From positions 1-50,082 of the IMG/VR virus record IMGVR_UViG_3300015370_000020: DNA of 50,082 bases. One strand, given 5' to 3'. Below, in pieces: positions 1 through 7,834 of this stretch. The notes under the pieces are model-generated. The model ran no database searches. It was not told where the DNA came from and worked only from the letters and a program-made list of their open reading frames with translations. This DNA is from a virus (Duplodnaviria > Caudoviricetes). Each line of letters begins with the position of its first letter. The first letter of the stretch is position 1. A program made the translations under genes and the position numbers.

Positions 1-43
1 AATACGCTTTTCCCGGTTTTTCCGCGCATCGGCTGTTTTTGCT

Positions 44-79
44 CTTGCCCGCAAAACACTGATGATCTAAGCCCTGTCC
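44..79 (+). promoter_or_regulatory. Host tRNA-Pro promoter, now upstream of the truncated 5' tRNA half
   Basis: TTGCCC -35-like hexamer and a GATCTAAG -10-like region just before the tRNA 5' end; a close homologue is at about 49738-49773. Confidence 0.6.
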
Positions 80-123
80 CCAGTCGGAGCGTAGCGCAGC
101 CCGGTAGCGCACTTGTCTGGGGG
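80..123 (+). repeat. attL core; displaced 5' half of tRNA-Pro
   Basis: CCAGTCGGAGCGTAGCGCAGCCCGGTAGCGCACTTGTCTGGGGG is identical to 49774-49817; identity stops at the end of the anticodon loop. Confidence 0.95.
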
Positions 124-151
124 TGCAGTTTCCTCGATCCGATATTCCGAA

Positions 152-1249
152 TTATTTCATGCGTTTAGAGGCGTCGGCGGAATCTCCGGTGGAGGATTCA
201 GTGGTGATCGTCGCAGCGCTCATGGCATCCATCCGGCGTTTGGCGTCGGCCGCCGTTACGTGGGCATAACGCATGGTGGTTTCGATGCTCGAGTGACCGA
301 GGATCAGCTGCAGCGCGCGCATGTCGCCGGTAGCCCGCAGGAAGCGGGTGGCGAAGGTGTGGCGCAGATCGTGGAAACGAAATCCGATCACCTTGGCCTT
401 CTTGCAGCCCCTCGCGAAGTGGCTGTTGAGCGCTTCCTCCTCGACGGGCGCCACGTCACCACGCCGGTGGTTGGCGGAGCCCCTTCGGATGATGTGGGTG
501 AACACCCGCGCGTGGGCCCGAGGTAACGGCCAGAGCAGGGCGCGCAGCGCGGCAGAGAGCGGCACATGCCGCGTCTTGTCGCCCTTGCCGGTGATGACGA
601 TGTACTCGCCGTGCCAGTCGATGTGGCGCCATTCGAGATCCAGGCACTCGGCCATGCGGCAGCCCGATAGGAGCGAAAAGCGCGCGAGCTCACGGTAACC
701 CGGTGCGAGCGCATCAAACAACGTCGTCTGCTCGTCGGCGGTGAGTTCGCGGATCACTTCCTGCGGCTCCCGAAGCATGTGATTCTTCCAGGTGATGCGC
801 GGGACCGGCTCATCCCAGAGATCGCGGGCGCGGGTCATGACGGCACGCAGCCTTGCCGTCGCGGTGCGGTTCACGGTGGCCGGCGCCACCTTGTCGGCCC
901 GGCGGCTCGCCACCATGGCAGCCACATCCTGATTGGTGATCGATGCCAGCAGACGGGTTTTGCCGAAATGACGTTCGAGCCAGGCGAGGTCGGTGAGGGT
1001 GCTGTCGGCGTTGGCGTGGTGCTGACCGGTCTCAAGCCAGTAGCGCGACACGGCAGCGCCGATTGTCAATCCGAGGGCCGATTGGCCTGCCTGTTTTCGG
1101 GCTTGCGCGCGGGCGTCTTCCTTAAGCCTAGCTTCTGTCCGTTCCGCTTCGCGCTTCGACGTTGCACCAGTATTTCCTGAATATCGGTGACCCCTGACCG
1201 TGAAGTCGTAGGACCATGTGTCTTGTCCCGGCCGTTTCCAGATCGACAT
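152..1249 (-). CDS. int: Tyrosine recombinase (phage integrase)
   Basis: Start MSIWKR with GGAGAG RBS; catalytic motifs GCR, KGDK, FHDLRH, LGH, TMRY; next to att. Confidence 0.96.
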   Translation of the reverse strand: MSIWKRPGQDTWSYDFTVRGHRYSGNTGATSKREAERTEARLKEDARAQARKQAGQSALGLTIGAAVSRYWLETGQHHANADSTLTDLAWLERHFGKTRLLASITNQDVAAMVASRRADKVAPATVNRTATARLRAVMTRARDLWDEPVPRITWKNHMLREPQEVIRELTADEQTTLFDALAPGYRELARFSLLSGCRMAECLDLEWRHIDWHGEYIVITGKGDKTRHVPLSAALRALLWPLPRAHARVFTHIIRRGSANHRRGDVAPVEEEALNSHFARGCKKAKVIGFRFHDLRHTFATRFLRATGDMRALQLILGHSSIETTMRYAHVTAADAKRRMDAMSAATITTESSTGDSADASKRMK

Positions 1250-1425
1250 TTGCGCTCTCCCACATAGGCCTCGATGTCGGCCGGATCGAATCTGCGCCGC
1301 GGCCGCTTGTCGCCGGCGCCCACCTCGACGAACGGCAGATCCCCGCGCGCAACAATCGCGTTGAGCGTGTCGATCGATACAGCAAGAAAGGCGGCCGCTG
1401 CGCGAGGTGTCAAGAGCGGGTTCAT
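1066..1425 (-). CDS. Excisionase-like HTH protein
   Basis: MNPLLTPRAAAAFLAVSIDTL...RFDPADIEAY is a MerR/HTH_17-type Xis pattern; GGAGG RBS; immediately upstream of int. Confidence 0.8.
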   Translation of the reverse strand: MNPLLTPRAAAAFLAVSIDTLNAIVARGDLPFVEVGAGDKRPRRRFDPADIEAYVGERKCRSGNGRDKTHGPTTSRSGVTDIQEILVQRRSAKRNGQKLGLRKTPARKPENRQANRPSD

Positions 1426-1985
1426 TCCAGCCGTGCCTCCTCGCCGTTGCGGCTGAGCACATCGAAGAAGCCGCGCCCATCCCTTCGCAGGGGCAGCGTG
1501 ACCATACCGTCCTTCGGTACGGTGACCCGCGAATTGAGGTGCAGCGTCTTGACCCGAAACTGCGTAACCGACCGCTCCCGCCCCTGATAAAGCGTCAACA
1601 GGCCACCGTTCTCCTGCACGCAGTCCACAAGCGTGTCGCTGAGGATCTGTCGCTTCATGGCCTCGCGCAGGCAGGTCGCATACCGGTACACCGAACTTCG
1701 GTTGTCGACGCCATCGAGCACGAACCGGCAGACCGTGACCGGAATATCCGATCCCTGTTCGACGTAGCGCCGGCCCTTGCCCGCGTTGTTCTGGTTGCGA
1801 ATATCGACCGAAACGGCGATTTCGTCGCGGAGCCTCTCCCTCAGCCCGTCGCGCTCCACCATTTCGCAGATGGCCAGGCAATCAGCGAGCAACCGGTACA
1901 GCTCGGCGTCCTTACGACGCGAAGGCACGCCCGCGCGAAGCGCCAGATCCCGCGCCGCGTGCAGCATATCGGCGAGGCCGGTCAC
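1422..1985 (-). CDS. Hypothetical phage protein
   Basis: GTG start overlapping the upstream stop, stop overlapping the xis start, typical codon usage. Confidence 0.7.
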   Translation of the reverse strand: MTGLADMLHAARDLALRAGVPSRRKDAELYRLLADCLAICEMVERDGLRERLRDEIAVSVDIRNQNNAGKGRRYVEQGSDIPVTVCRFVLDGVDNRSSVYRYATCLREAMKRQILSDTLVDCVQENGGLLTLYQGRERSVTQFRVKTLHLNSRVTVPKDGMVTLPLRRDGRGFFDVLSRNGEEARLE

Positions 1986-2155
1986 GCGGGCACCCTCCTG
2001 ATCGCGTTGCCGCTGGTCACCATGGTGTAGCCGTCCTCGAAGCGCACGCAGATCGAGTTCATCTTGCCGCGCGCGGTGACGGTGCAGATCTGGCCTTTGC
2101 GGCCCTGCCGGTTCCAGCGGTAGATGTAGCATTGATCTGTTGCGGCGGCGGTCAT
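1982..2155 (-). CDS. Small hypothetical protein (possible beta-barrel)
   Basis: MTAAATDQCYIYRWNR...; start/stop overlaps with both neighbours. Confidence 0.7.
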   Translation of the reverse strand: MTAAATDQCYIYRWNRQGRKGQICTVTARGKMNSICVRFEDGYTMVTSGNAIRRVPA

Positions 2156-2949
2156 GACAGCGCCTTCGGGTATTGCCGAATCCTCAGGTCCGCCGGAACC
2201 ATGTCGTAGGTAGGGCGGAAGGCGGCGACCTGCTTCATGAAAAATGCAACCGCGAATGCCGCGCAGTGATCGCGCGTCTCGCGTCCCCACTCAAGGTCAA
2301 AGGGACGATCATTCCATTTCGGGCCGCTCTTGCCGCCAAAAATGATCCAGTCGAGGCCGGAGTTGACGTAGCGCGGTCGCAGCCATCGCCTGAAGTCAAT
2401 GCTTTCCTGCGCCGGCTCATAGCTGATGCCGACCCACGGGATGCCGAATCGAAGTTTGTATTCGAGCAGCCGCGGGACATCGCGATCGGCCTCGGCTTGA
2501 GTGACGACGGTGATCAGCACGCCGATGTGCTGCGGCCAGTTGACCTCCCAGCAAGGGAAAATCATCTTCGGCAGGTTGCTGATCCGCTTGGTGCAGATCT
2601 GCCATTTCAGCCGGTCGGTGGCTTCCATGACGCCCATATGATCGGCGCGCCACTGCGGGTCGACCTCGTTGTCGAACAGGTCACCCATGGACAGAGTGAA
2701 GACCCGGCGGTCACGTCCGTGCTCGGCAAGGAACTTGTCGGCGTTGCGCTGCCAGCGGTAGGGCTCGTTCCGCGTCGCCTCGGAGATCCGCCGGCGCGGC
2801 ACGCCCGCACCCCAATGGTTCTCGCCTGTGCGCCTGTCGACACCCTCTGCATAGCAATGGTCACAGGCAGGCCCGACCTTGCTGCAGCCCCACCATGGAT
2901 TGTGCGTGCTATCGGTCCAGGGGATTCCGGTTTCAGCAGCCATCGTCAT
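2152..2949 (-). CDS. DUF5131 (phage Gp37/Gp68) family protein
   Basis: IPWTDSTHNPWWGCSKVGPACDHCYAE, SMGDLF, WIIFGG and FFMKQ motifs. Confidence 0.9.
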   Translation of the reverse strand: MTMAAETGIPWTDSTHNPWWGCSKVGPACDHCYAEGVDRRTGENHWGAGVPRRRISEATRNEPYRWQRNADKFLAEHGRDRRVFTLSMGDLFDNEVDPQWRADHMGVMEATDRLKWQICTKRISNLPKMIFPCWEVNWPQHIGVLITVVTQAEADRDVPRLLEYKLRFGIPWVGISYEPAQESIDFRRWLRPRYVNSGLDWIIFGGKSGPKWNDRPFDLEWGRETRDHCAAFAVAFFMKQVAAFRPTYDMVPADLRIRQYPKALS

Positions 2950-3145
2950 CACTCCATGGTTCCAGCATGTAGCCGGGAAAATTCTGGATGCAGCCGGGAT
3001 CATGGGCGAGGCTTATATTGTAGCCGTGCTCGCCCGTGGCCGGGTTGTCGTACTCGCCGCACACGGTGCCGCGAAACCGATAGGCGGGTGGGCGGCCGTC
3101 TGCGTGGGCCCGGCGCTGCACCCTGTCTCCACGTTTGAAATCCAT
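2933..3145 (-). CDS. DfrB/R67 dihydrofolate reductase-like SH3-fold protein (70 aa)
   Basis: FKRGDRV...FRGTVCGEY..PATGEHGYNIS..HDPGCIQNFP...LE follows the R67 DHFR core pattern; GAGGAG RBS. Confidence 0.7.
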   Translation of the reverse strand: MDFKRGDRVQRRAHADGRPPAYRFRGTVCGEYDNPATGEHGYNISLAHDPGCIQNFPGYMLEPWSDDDGC

Positions 3146-3156
3146 CGGTTTGCTCC

Positions 3157-3471
3157 TCACCAGCTTCTGAGACCAATGTCGCGCGCGAAGGCTTCGTTGT
3201 CCGCTTTCTCGCGACGGCGTGTTTGATCGGGCGTTTCCGGGCGCTCCGGCAGATCCGTGAAATGGGTGTGGTAGCCGGGCCAGCCGCCGACGTCGAAGCG
3301 CGCGGCGGGCTGGGCTGCCTGGGTGTGACACTCGACGGTCATCCCACAGTCGAGCGGTGAGCCGACATAGGGCGCTTCTCCGAGCCACTTTCCGTCCTCG
3401 CCAAGCGCCCACCAGAGCTTGTCGCCCATGTCCTCGCGCCACTCGGCGATCGGTCTTGCTTTTGTCGCCAT
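3157..3471 (-). CDS. Hypothetical phage protein
   Basis: Fits the operon between dnaN and the DfrB-like gene. Confidence 0.7.
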   Translation of the reverse strand: MATKARPIAEWREDMGDKLWWALGEDGKWLGEAPYVGSPLDCGMTVECHTQAAQPAARFDVGGWPGYHTHFTDLPERPETPDQTRRREKADNEAFARDIGLRSW

Positions 3472-3474
3472 CTC

Positions 3475-4623
3475 TCAAGCCCTCATCGGCATCAGAACGA
3501 ATGTCAGGGCGATCTCGTCGTCCTCGGCGTGCACCGGTTCGAAGCGGGCGGGGTCGCCGCCGCTGCCGAGGTGCACTGTGGCCGCGAGCGGAATGTGGGC
3601 CAGCATGTCGGCCAGGTACTTCGCGTTGAAGCCGATGGTCACGTCGGCGTCGTCATCGGCGGTCACATCCACCGTGTCCTGGCCTTCGCCGGCGTCCGGG
3701 TTGGAGACCGAGAGCTCGACGCTCTCGCGGGCCCAGACCATCCTCACCGCCCGGCCGCGCTCGCTCGAGATGATCGAGACGCGCTCGGTGGCGGCCAGCA
3801 GGGCGGCCACGTCGAAGCGCCAGCAGTTGGGGTTGCCGGCCGGGATCACCCGCACATAGTCGGGGAAGGTGCCGTCGATCAGCTTGGAGGCGATGCGGAC
3901 CGCGCCGAGCTCGAAACTGATCTGGTTCTCGCTCACCTTGACTGACAGCATCGCCTGCTTGTCGCTCGCCGACAGCGCCTTCGCCAGCAGCCCGACCGTC
4001 TTGCGCGGGATGATGACGCCCGGCATGCCGGCAGCGTCCTGCGCGCCGGAATAGGTGGCCCGGGCCAGCCGGTGGCCGTCGGTTGCAACCGCCACCAGGT
4101 CGCCGCCTTCGATCGCGTGCAGGTAGACGCCGTTGAGATAGTACCGTGTTTCCTCGGTCGATATGGCGAAGCTCACCGCGGCGAGCTGGGCGGCGAACTT
4201 GGCGGCCGGAATCTCGAAGCTTGTCGACTGGCCCTCCCGTTCCACCAGTCGTGGCCAGTCTTCTCCGGGCAGGGTCTGCAACATGAAACGCGACCGGCCA
4301 CAGGTGAGCGACGCCTGTCCGTGCGTGTTGGCTTTCAACGTCACCTCGGCCTTTGCCGGCAGCTTGCGCAGGATGTCGTTGAGCAGCGCCGCCGGCAGGG
4401 TGATCCCCTGTTGGGGCATGCCGGCGTACTCGATCATCGCGGTCACCGAGGTCATCACGTCGAGGTCGGTGCCGGAGACGCGCAAGCGGCCATTGTGGCC
4501 GGCGTCAAACAGCAGGTTGGCGAGCACCGGAATCGTGTTCTTGCGCTCAACCGGGGCCAGCGCGGTCTCGACCGCCGCCAGCAAGGCCTCGCGCGGCGCA
4601 GTGAGGGTGAAAGGGGTGGTCAT
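3475..4623 (-). CDS. dnaN: DNA polymerase III beta sliding clamp (phage-encoded)
   Basis: KNTIPVLAN, GTDLD, ETRYYLNG, ATDGHRL, SKLIDGTFPDY, IGFNAKYL and VLMPMR motifs; 382 aa. Confidence 0.95.
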   Translation of the reverse strand: MTTPFTLTAPREALLAAVETALAPVERKNTIPVLANLLFDAGHNGRLRVSGTDLDVMTSVTAMIEYAGMPQQGITLPAALLNDILRKLPAKAEVTLKANTHGQASLTCGRSRFMLQTLPGEDWPRLVEREGQSTSFEIPAAKFAAQLAAVSFAISTEETRYYLNGVYLHAIEGGDLVAVATDGHRLARATYSGAQDAAGMPGVIIPRKTVGLLAKALSASDKQAMLSVKVSENQISFELGAVRIASKLIDGTFPDYVRVIPAGNPNCWRFDVAALLAATERVSIISSERGRAVRMVWARESVELSVSNPDAGEGQDTVDVTADDDADVTIGFNAKYLADMLAHIPLAATVHLGSGGDPARFEPVHAEDDEIALTFVLMPMRA

Positions 4624-4985
4624 TGAGCGGGCCCTTCTTGTGAGGACGGCACCCGTCCTGTCTGAAGCTGAGAGGCCAAACCGCGATAGGTGTTGGCCTT
4701 CATCTCGTAGTGGTTCTGCAAATCGCGAAGTGCCCGCGCCAGCGTCCGATCGCTGGTTGTGTGCGCCCATCGGGCACGTGTCCCGAAACCTGCTGACTTG
4801 ACTTCGTAACGCTCGAATTCGTTCGCATCCTCGCGCCGGTAAACCACGAGCGTCGACAGGCGGTTGAAACCGCTGCTCTTGATACCGGTGGCGGACAGGC
4901 TCGTCGGGTTCGTGCTCTTGTGAACTGTCCAGTTGTAGCCGGGCATGATCTTCACGAGTTCTTTTCGAAATTCGGCGCTGTTCAT
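4620..4985 (-). CDS. Hypothetical phage protein
   Basis: GGAGA RBS; ATGA-coupled to dnaN. Confidence 0.75.
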   Translation of the reverse strand: MNSAEFRKELVKIMPGYNWTVHKSTNPTSLSATGIKSSGFNRLSTLVVYRREDANEFERYEVKSAGFGTRARWAHTTSDRTLARALRDLQNHYEMKANTYRGLASQLQTGRVPSSQEGPAQ

Positions 4986-5061
4986 GGTTTTCTCCGGTGG
5001 AAGCGGGCGGCCCCGCGCGGCTCGGGAGGTTTCGCGCGGGGCGTGGGGCTTGACCTCTTGG

Positions 5062-6000
5062 TCAGGCGGGCTCGGGCTTGCCGATGAAGCCGGGCAGGCC
5101 GGTCTGGCTCATGGCGTCCTCGTAGTCCTCGGTCACCCGTTCGGTCACCGCCACGTCGGGCCGGTAGATCTGGTAGAACCAGATGGTCGAGCCCTCGCGG
5201 ATGCGGTAGCGCAGCCGCACCGGCACGCGCTGGGTCTCGCCCATGTGGAACAGCGGGATGGAAAGCATGAACAGCCCGGGCACCTTGAGGCTCTTGCCGT
5301 CGGCGCCCTGGTGCGCCTCGTCCCAGACGATCTGACCTTCGCCCGATTGCAGCACCACGTTGGACGCCACTTTTGATTCCACCCGCACCGCCAGGCCGCG
5401 CGACAGCGCCACTAGTTCCGACGGTGTGGCGATCTTCGTTGCGAACTTCGCCTCGTAATCGGTCACCTCGAGCGCTTCGGGCGAGGACAGGTCGGCAATG
5501 TTGTCCTCGATGAACTGGGCAAAGTCCGCCTGGGCCATTGGCTTGCCGTTGGTCGCCACCCAGGTCTTCCACTGCTCGGACAGCGGGAAAGCGTAGTGCA
5601 CGCGGTGCTTGAGCCAGCGCGCGTCGGCGCCCTCGACGGCGTGATAATCGATGACGGCGGTCAGCGCCGGCGCCTTCCAGTCGGTGTTGGCGAAGATCGC
5701 GCTGTCGGCGGTCTTGTGCCGGTTGGTGAGGTCGATGAAGGAGGTGAGCGTGTCGACCTGCGCCGTGCCGGTCTTGCGCTCCGGGTGCTGCCGCCATTCC
5801 TCGGCCAGCCGCTTGAGGCTGTCGAATTCAGGGCTTTCGCCGTGCAGCCTGGCGATCGGCACGCTTTCGGGCAGGCCCTTGGCGTTGAGCGAAAGCATTG
5901 CGATGTCGATGCCGGCAGCCTCGCGTGCCAGCTTCGCAATTGCCGCGATGTGATCCGGCTTGCTTGTCGGTTCACCGGGGATTGAATCGGTTTTGACCAT
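5062..6000 (-). CDS. DUF2303 (YfdQ-like) family protein
   Basis: AVIDYH, LSEQWKTW, MAQADFAQFIEDN and RLRYR motifs. Confidence 0.85.
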   Translation of the reverse strand: MVKTDSIPGEPTSKPDHIAAIAKLAREAAGIDIAMLSLNAKGLPESVPIARLHGESPEFDSLKRLAEEWRQHPERKTGTAQVDTLTSFIDLTNRHKTADSAIFANTDWKAPALTAVIDYHAVEGADARWLKHRVHYAFPLSEQWKTWVATNGKPMAQADFAQFIEDNIADLSSPEALEVTDYEAKFATKIATPSELVALSRGLAVRVESKVASNVVLQSGEGQIVWDEAHQGADGKSLKVPGLFMLSIPLFHMGETQRVPVRLRYRIREGSTIWFYQIYRPDVAVTERVTEDYEDAMSQTGLPGFIGKPEPA

Positions 6001-6027
6001 GGTCGTTGTCCTTTAAGAGTGGGAGGG

Positions 6028-6378
6028 TCAGACGGCAGGTTCGGCGGTTCGCGCGGCGGTATCGCGCGGACCCTTGAACATGTCGTGCTGGTTGGGATGC
6101 TCGGTCGACAGCGTGCCTTCCTCGGTGATCCAGTAGAAAGTGCGCGCACGGGGCCGCTTGGGCAGCTTTGACTTGATGTCGGCCGAGATCTGCACCGTGC
6201 CGTTTTCGGCCGACAGGGAGATCTTCAGGTCGACCTCGCCCTTGAAGGTTTTCTTCAGATCCTCGGTCGACATGGTGTGCAGCTCGCGCAACACGGTGGA
6301 AAGCTCGTGGCTGAGGGAGCGGTTGAGTTCACCGCCCTCAAGTGCGCCGAGCAGGATTTGGGCATCACGGATTTGCAT
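6028..6378 (-). CDS. Conserved phage protein (usual partner of DUF2303, YfdP-like)
   Basis: KGEVDLKISL...KLPK...FYWITEEGTLSTEHPNQ pattern directly upstream of DUF2303. Confidence 0.7.
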   Translation of the reverse strand: MQIRDAQILLGALEGGELNRSLSHELSTVLRELHTMSTEDLKKTFKGEVDLKISLSAENGTVQISADIKSKLPKRPRARTFYWITEEGTLSTEHPNQHDMFKGPRDTAARTAEPAV

Positions 6379-6398
6379 GGGCTGGTTCCTTTCCGGAG

Positions 6399-6641
6399 TT
6401 AGATTTCGACGCCGAGGGCGCGGAGCTTGTCGTCCGCCTCGGCGATCTGTTCGGTCAGCGAGTCGGTCACGCTCTCGTTGACCAGCTGCTGCAGCGTGGG
6501 CGGCATGCGGATCTCAATCGCTTCGGAGCCAATGCCGAGCACCAGGCGCGGGCTCGTTGCCTTGAGCCGGGCCAGCACGGCCAGGTTCTTCTCGCGGTCC
6601 GCGGCGAGATCGCGGATGGTTTCGATGTCGTCGAGCTTCAT
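6399..6641 (-). CDS. Hypothetical helical protein
   Basis: MKLDDIETIRDL...LRALGVEI; GAGGA RBS. Confidence 0.7.
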   Translation of the reverse strand: MKLDDIETIRDLAADREKNLAVLARLKATSPRLVLGIGSEAIEIRMPPTLQQLVNESVTDSLTEQIAEADDKLRALGVEI

Positions 6642-6648
6642 GGGATCC

Positions 6649-7341
6649 TCACGAGTTGAGCGCCACGTGGGCGGCATGGCTGGCGCGCTGCTCGTGCAGC
6701 CGGTCTTCGCCGATGAAGCGGCAGGCAGACTCAACGAAACGCTCCTCGGCCTTCATCGCAGCCCAGGGGCGAATGCCGCCCTTGAGCTTGAGCGGCTCGC
6801 GGTTGGCGACGAGCAGCTGCTGCGCCCGGGCGGCGGGGCCGAACAACGCAAGCATTTCGGCGTTGCACATGCGGCGGTCGTAATCGTCGATATGGGCCTG
6901 CTGGGAACTGTCGGGCAGGCCGAGCGCGGCCGCGTGCCATCCGGCCTCGCGCCATTTGGTCTTGATCCAGTTCCATTGCCAGTGAACGGAGCTTCCGCGG
7001 CCTTGCGGGCCAGCCTGGTCTGCGTGTGCCGCCAGCAGCCGCTGCGCCGGCGTCGGCTTGTCTCCCAGCAGGTATTCCTCGCCGTCATGCAGCAGGAACC
7101 AGGCCGCAAGCCGCGTGTCGCCCGTCTCGTTGAAGGCGGCCTCCGCGCCCATCACCGAGTGCTGCGCCACCGAAAAGGCAATGCCCGGGTTGGACCCGTT
7201 GAAGCGGGCGATCTTGGACAGCGCATTGGCCATCGCGAAGAAATCGATTTCCAGCGGATCGGGCGCTGCCAGATCGCGCACCGAGCCATCAGGCCGGAAC
7301 GACCAGACCGGGGCAGGGGCAAGGCGGGCGAGGGCGTTCAT
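6649..7341 (-). CDS. HD-domain hydrolase (YfbR/YfdR-like 5'-deoxynucleotidase)
   Basis: LSKIARFNG, FSVAQHSV and LLHDGEEYLLGDKPTP motifs. Confidence 0.88.
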   Translation of the reverse strand: MNALARLAPAPVWSFRPDGSVRDLAAPDPLEIDFFAMANALSKIARFNGSNPGIAFSVAQHSVMGAEAAFNETGDTRLAAWFLLHDGEEYLLGDKPTPAQRLLAAHADQAGPQGRGSSVHWQWNWIKTKWREAGWHAAALGLPDSSQQAHIDDYDRRMCNAEMLALFGPAARAQQLLVANREPLKLKGGIRPWAAMKAEERFVESACRFIGEDRLHEQRASHAAHVALNS

Positions 7342-7679
7342 GCCGCGTCTCCCTGTTGCTGGGCGGGGTTCTGGCTTCTCAGGTAGCCGGTCACTACCTC
7401 GTCGGAGTATCCGGCGCGGGTGAGGTCGGCCATGTCGGCATAGCCGCGGGTGGCCCGCGCCTCGTCGATCAGCGTGCGCATGTCGGCAAGCATCGCCGCC
7501 CAGAGCCGGGGCGCGATCTGCCCGAAGCGATCGAGCATCCGGGCCAGCTGACAGGCGTCCTCGCGCGCCAGCCGCTTCGCGTCATCCGAACCGCCCGCAA
7601 GCGTTTCGGCAAAGGACCGCGCGTTGACCTCGTCGCTGGCGACGGGAATGAAGGTTCGGGTGAGATCGGTCATTGTCAC
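7338..7679 (-). CDS. Hypothetical protein
   Basis: Start/stop overlaps with neighbours. Confidence 0.65.
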   Translation of the reverse strand: MTMTDLTRTFIPVASDEVNARSFAETLAGGSDDAKRLAREDACQLARMLDRFGQIAPRLWAAMLADMRTLIDEARATRGYADMADLTRAGYSDEVVTGYLRSQNPAQQQGDAA

Positions 7680-7834
7680 GCTCCCGCCGCGATGGCGATC
7701 AGGCCGCAGCCGATCGCGAAGGCGATGATGACGACGATCGACGCCAGCGCCGGGGCGTCGGGAGCGCGGGCGGCGCGGGCGCGTTCCTCGGTCAGGCGGG
7801 TACCGTCGATGAGGTTGAGGGAGGCGGGCGTCAT
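7676..7834 (-). CDS. Small protein with C-terminal transmembrane helix
   Basis: MTPASLN...ALASIVVIIAFAIGCGLIAIAAGA; ATGA-coupled. Confidence 0.6.
   Translation of the reverse strand: MTPASLNLIDGTRLTEERARAARAPDAPALASIVVIIAFAIGCGLIAIAAGA

Noticed and set aside
85-123. Second tRNA-Pro gene at the left end
   Set aside because: Only the 5' half is present; no 3' anticodon stem, T arm or CCA
1250-1480. 77-aa N-terminal extension of the integrase ORF
   Set aside because: It overlaps xis; the RBS-supported start is ATG 1249
5010-5042. GC hairpins in spacers (also about 27381-27399 and 31331-31346) as ncRNAs
   Set aside because: Simple stems without further support; probably mRNA stability or pause elements
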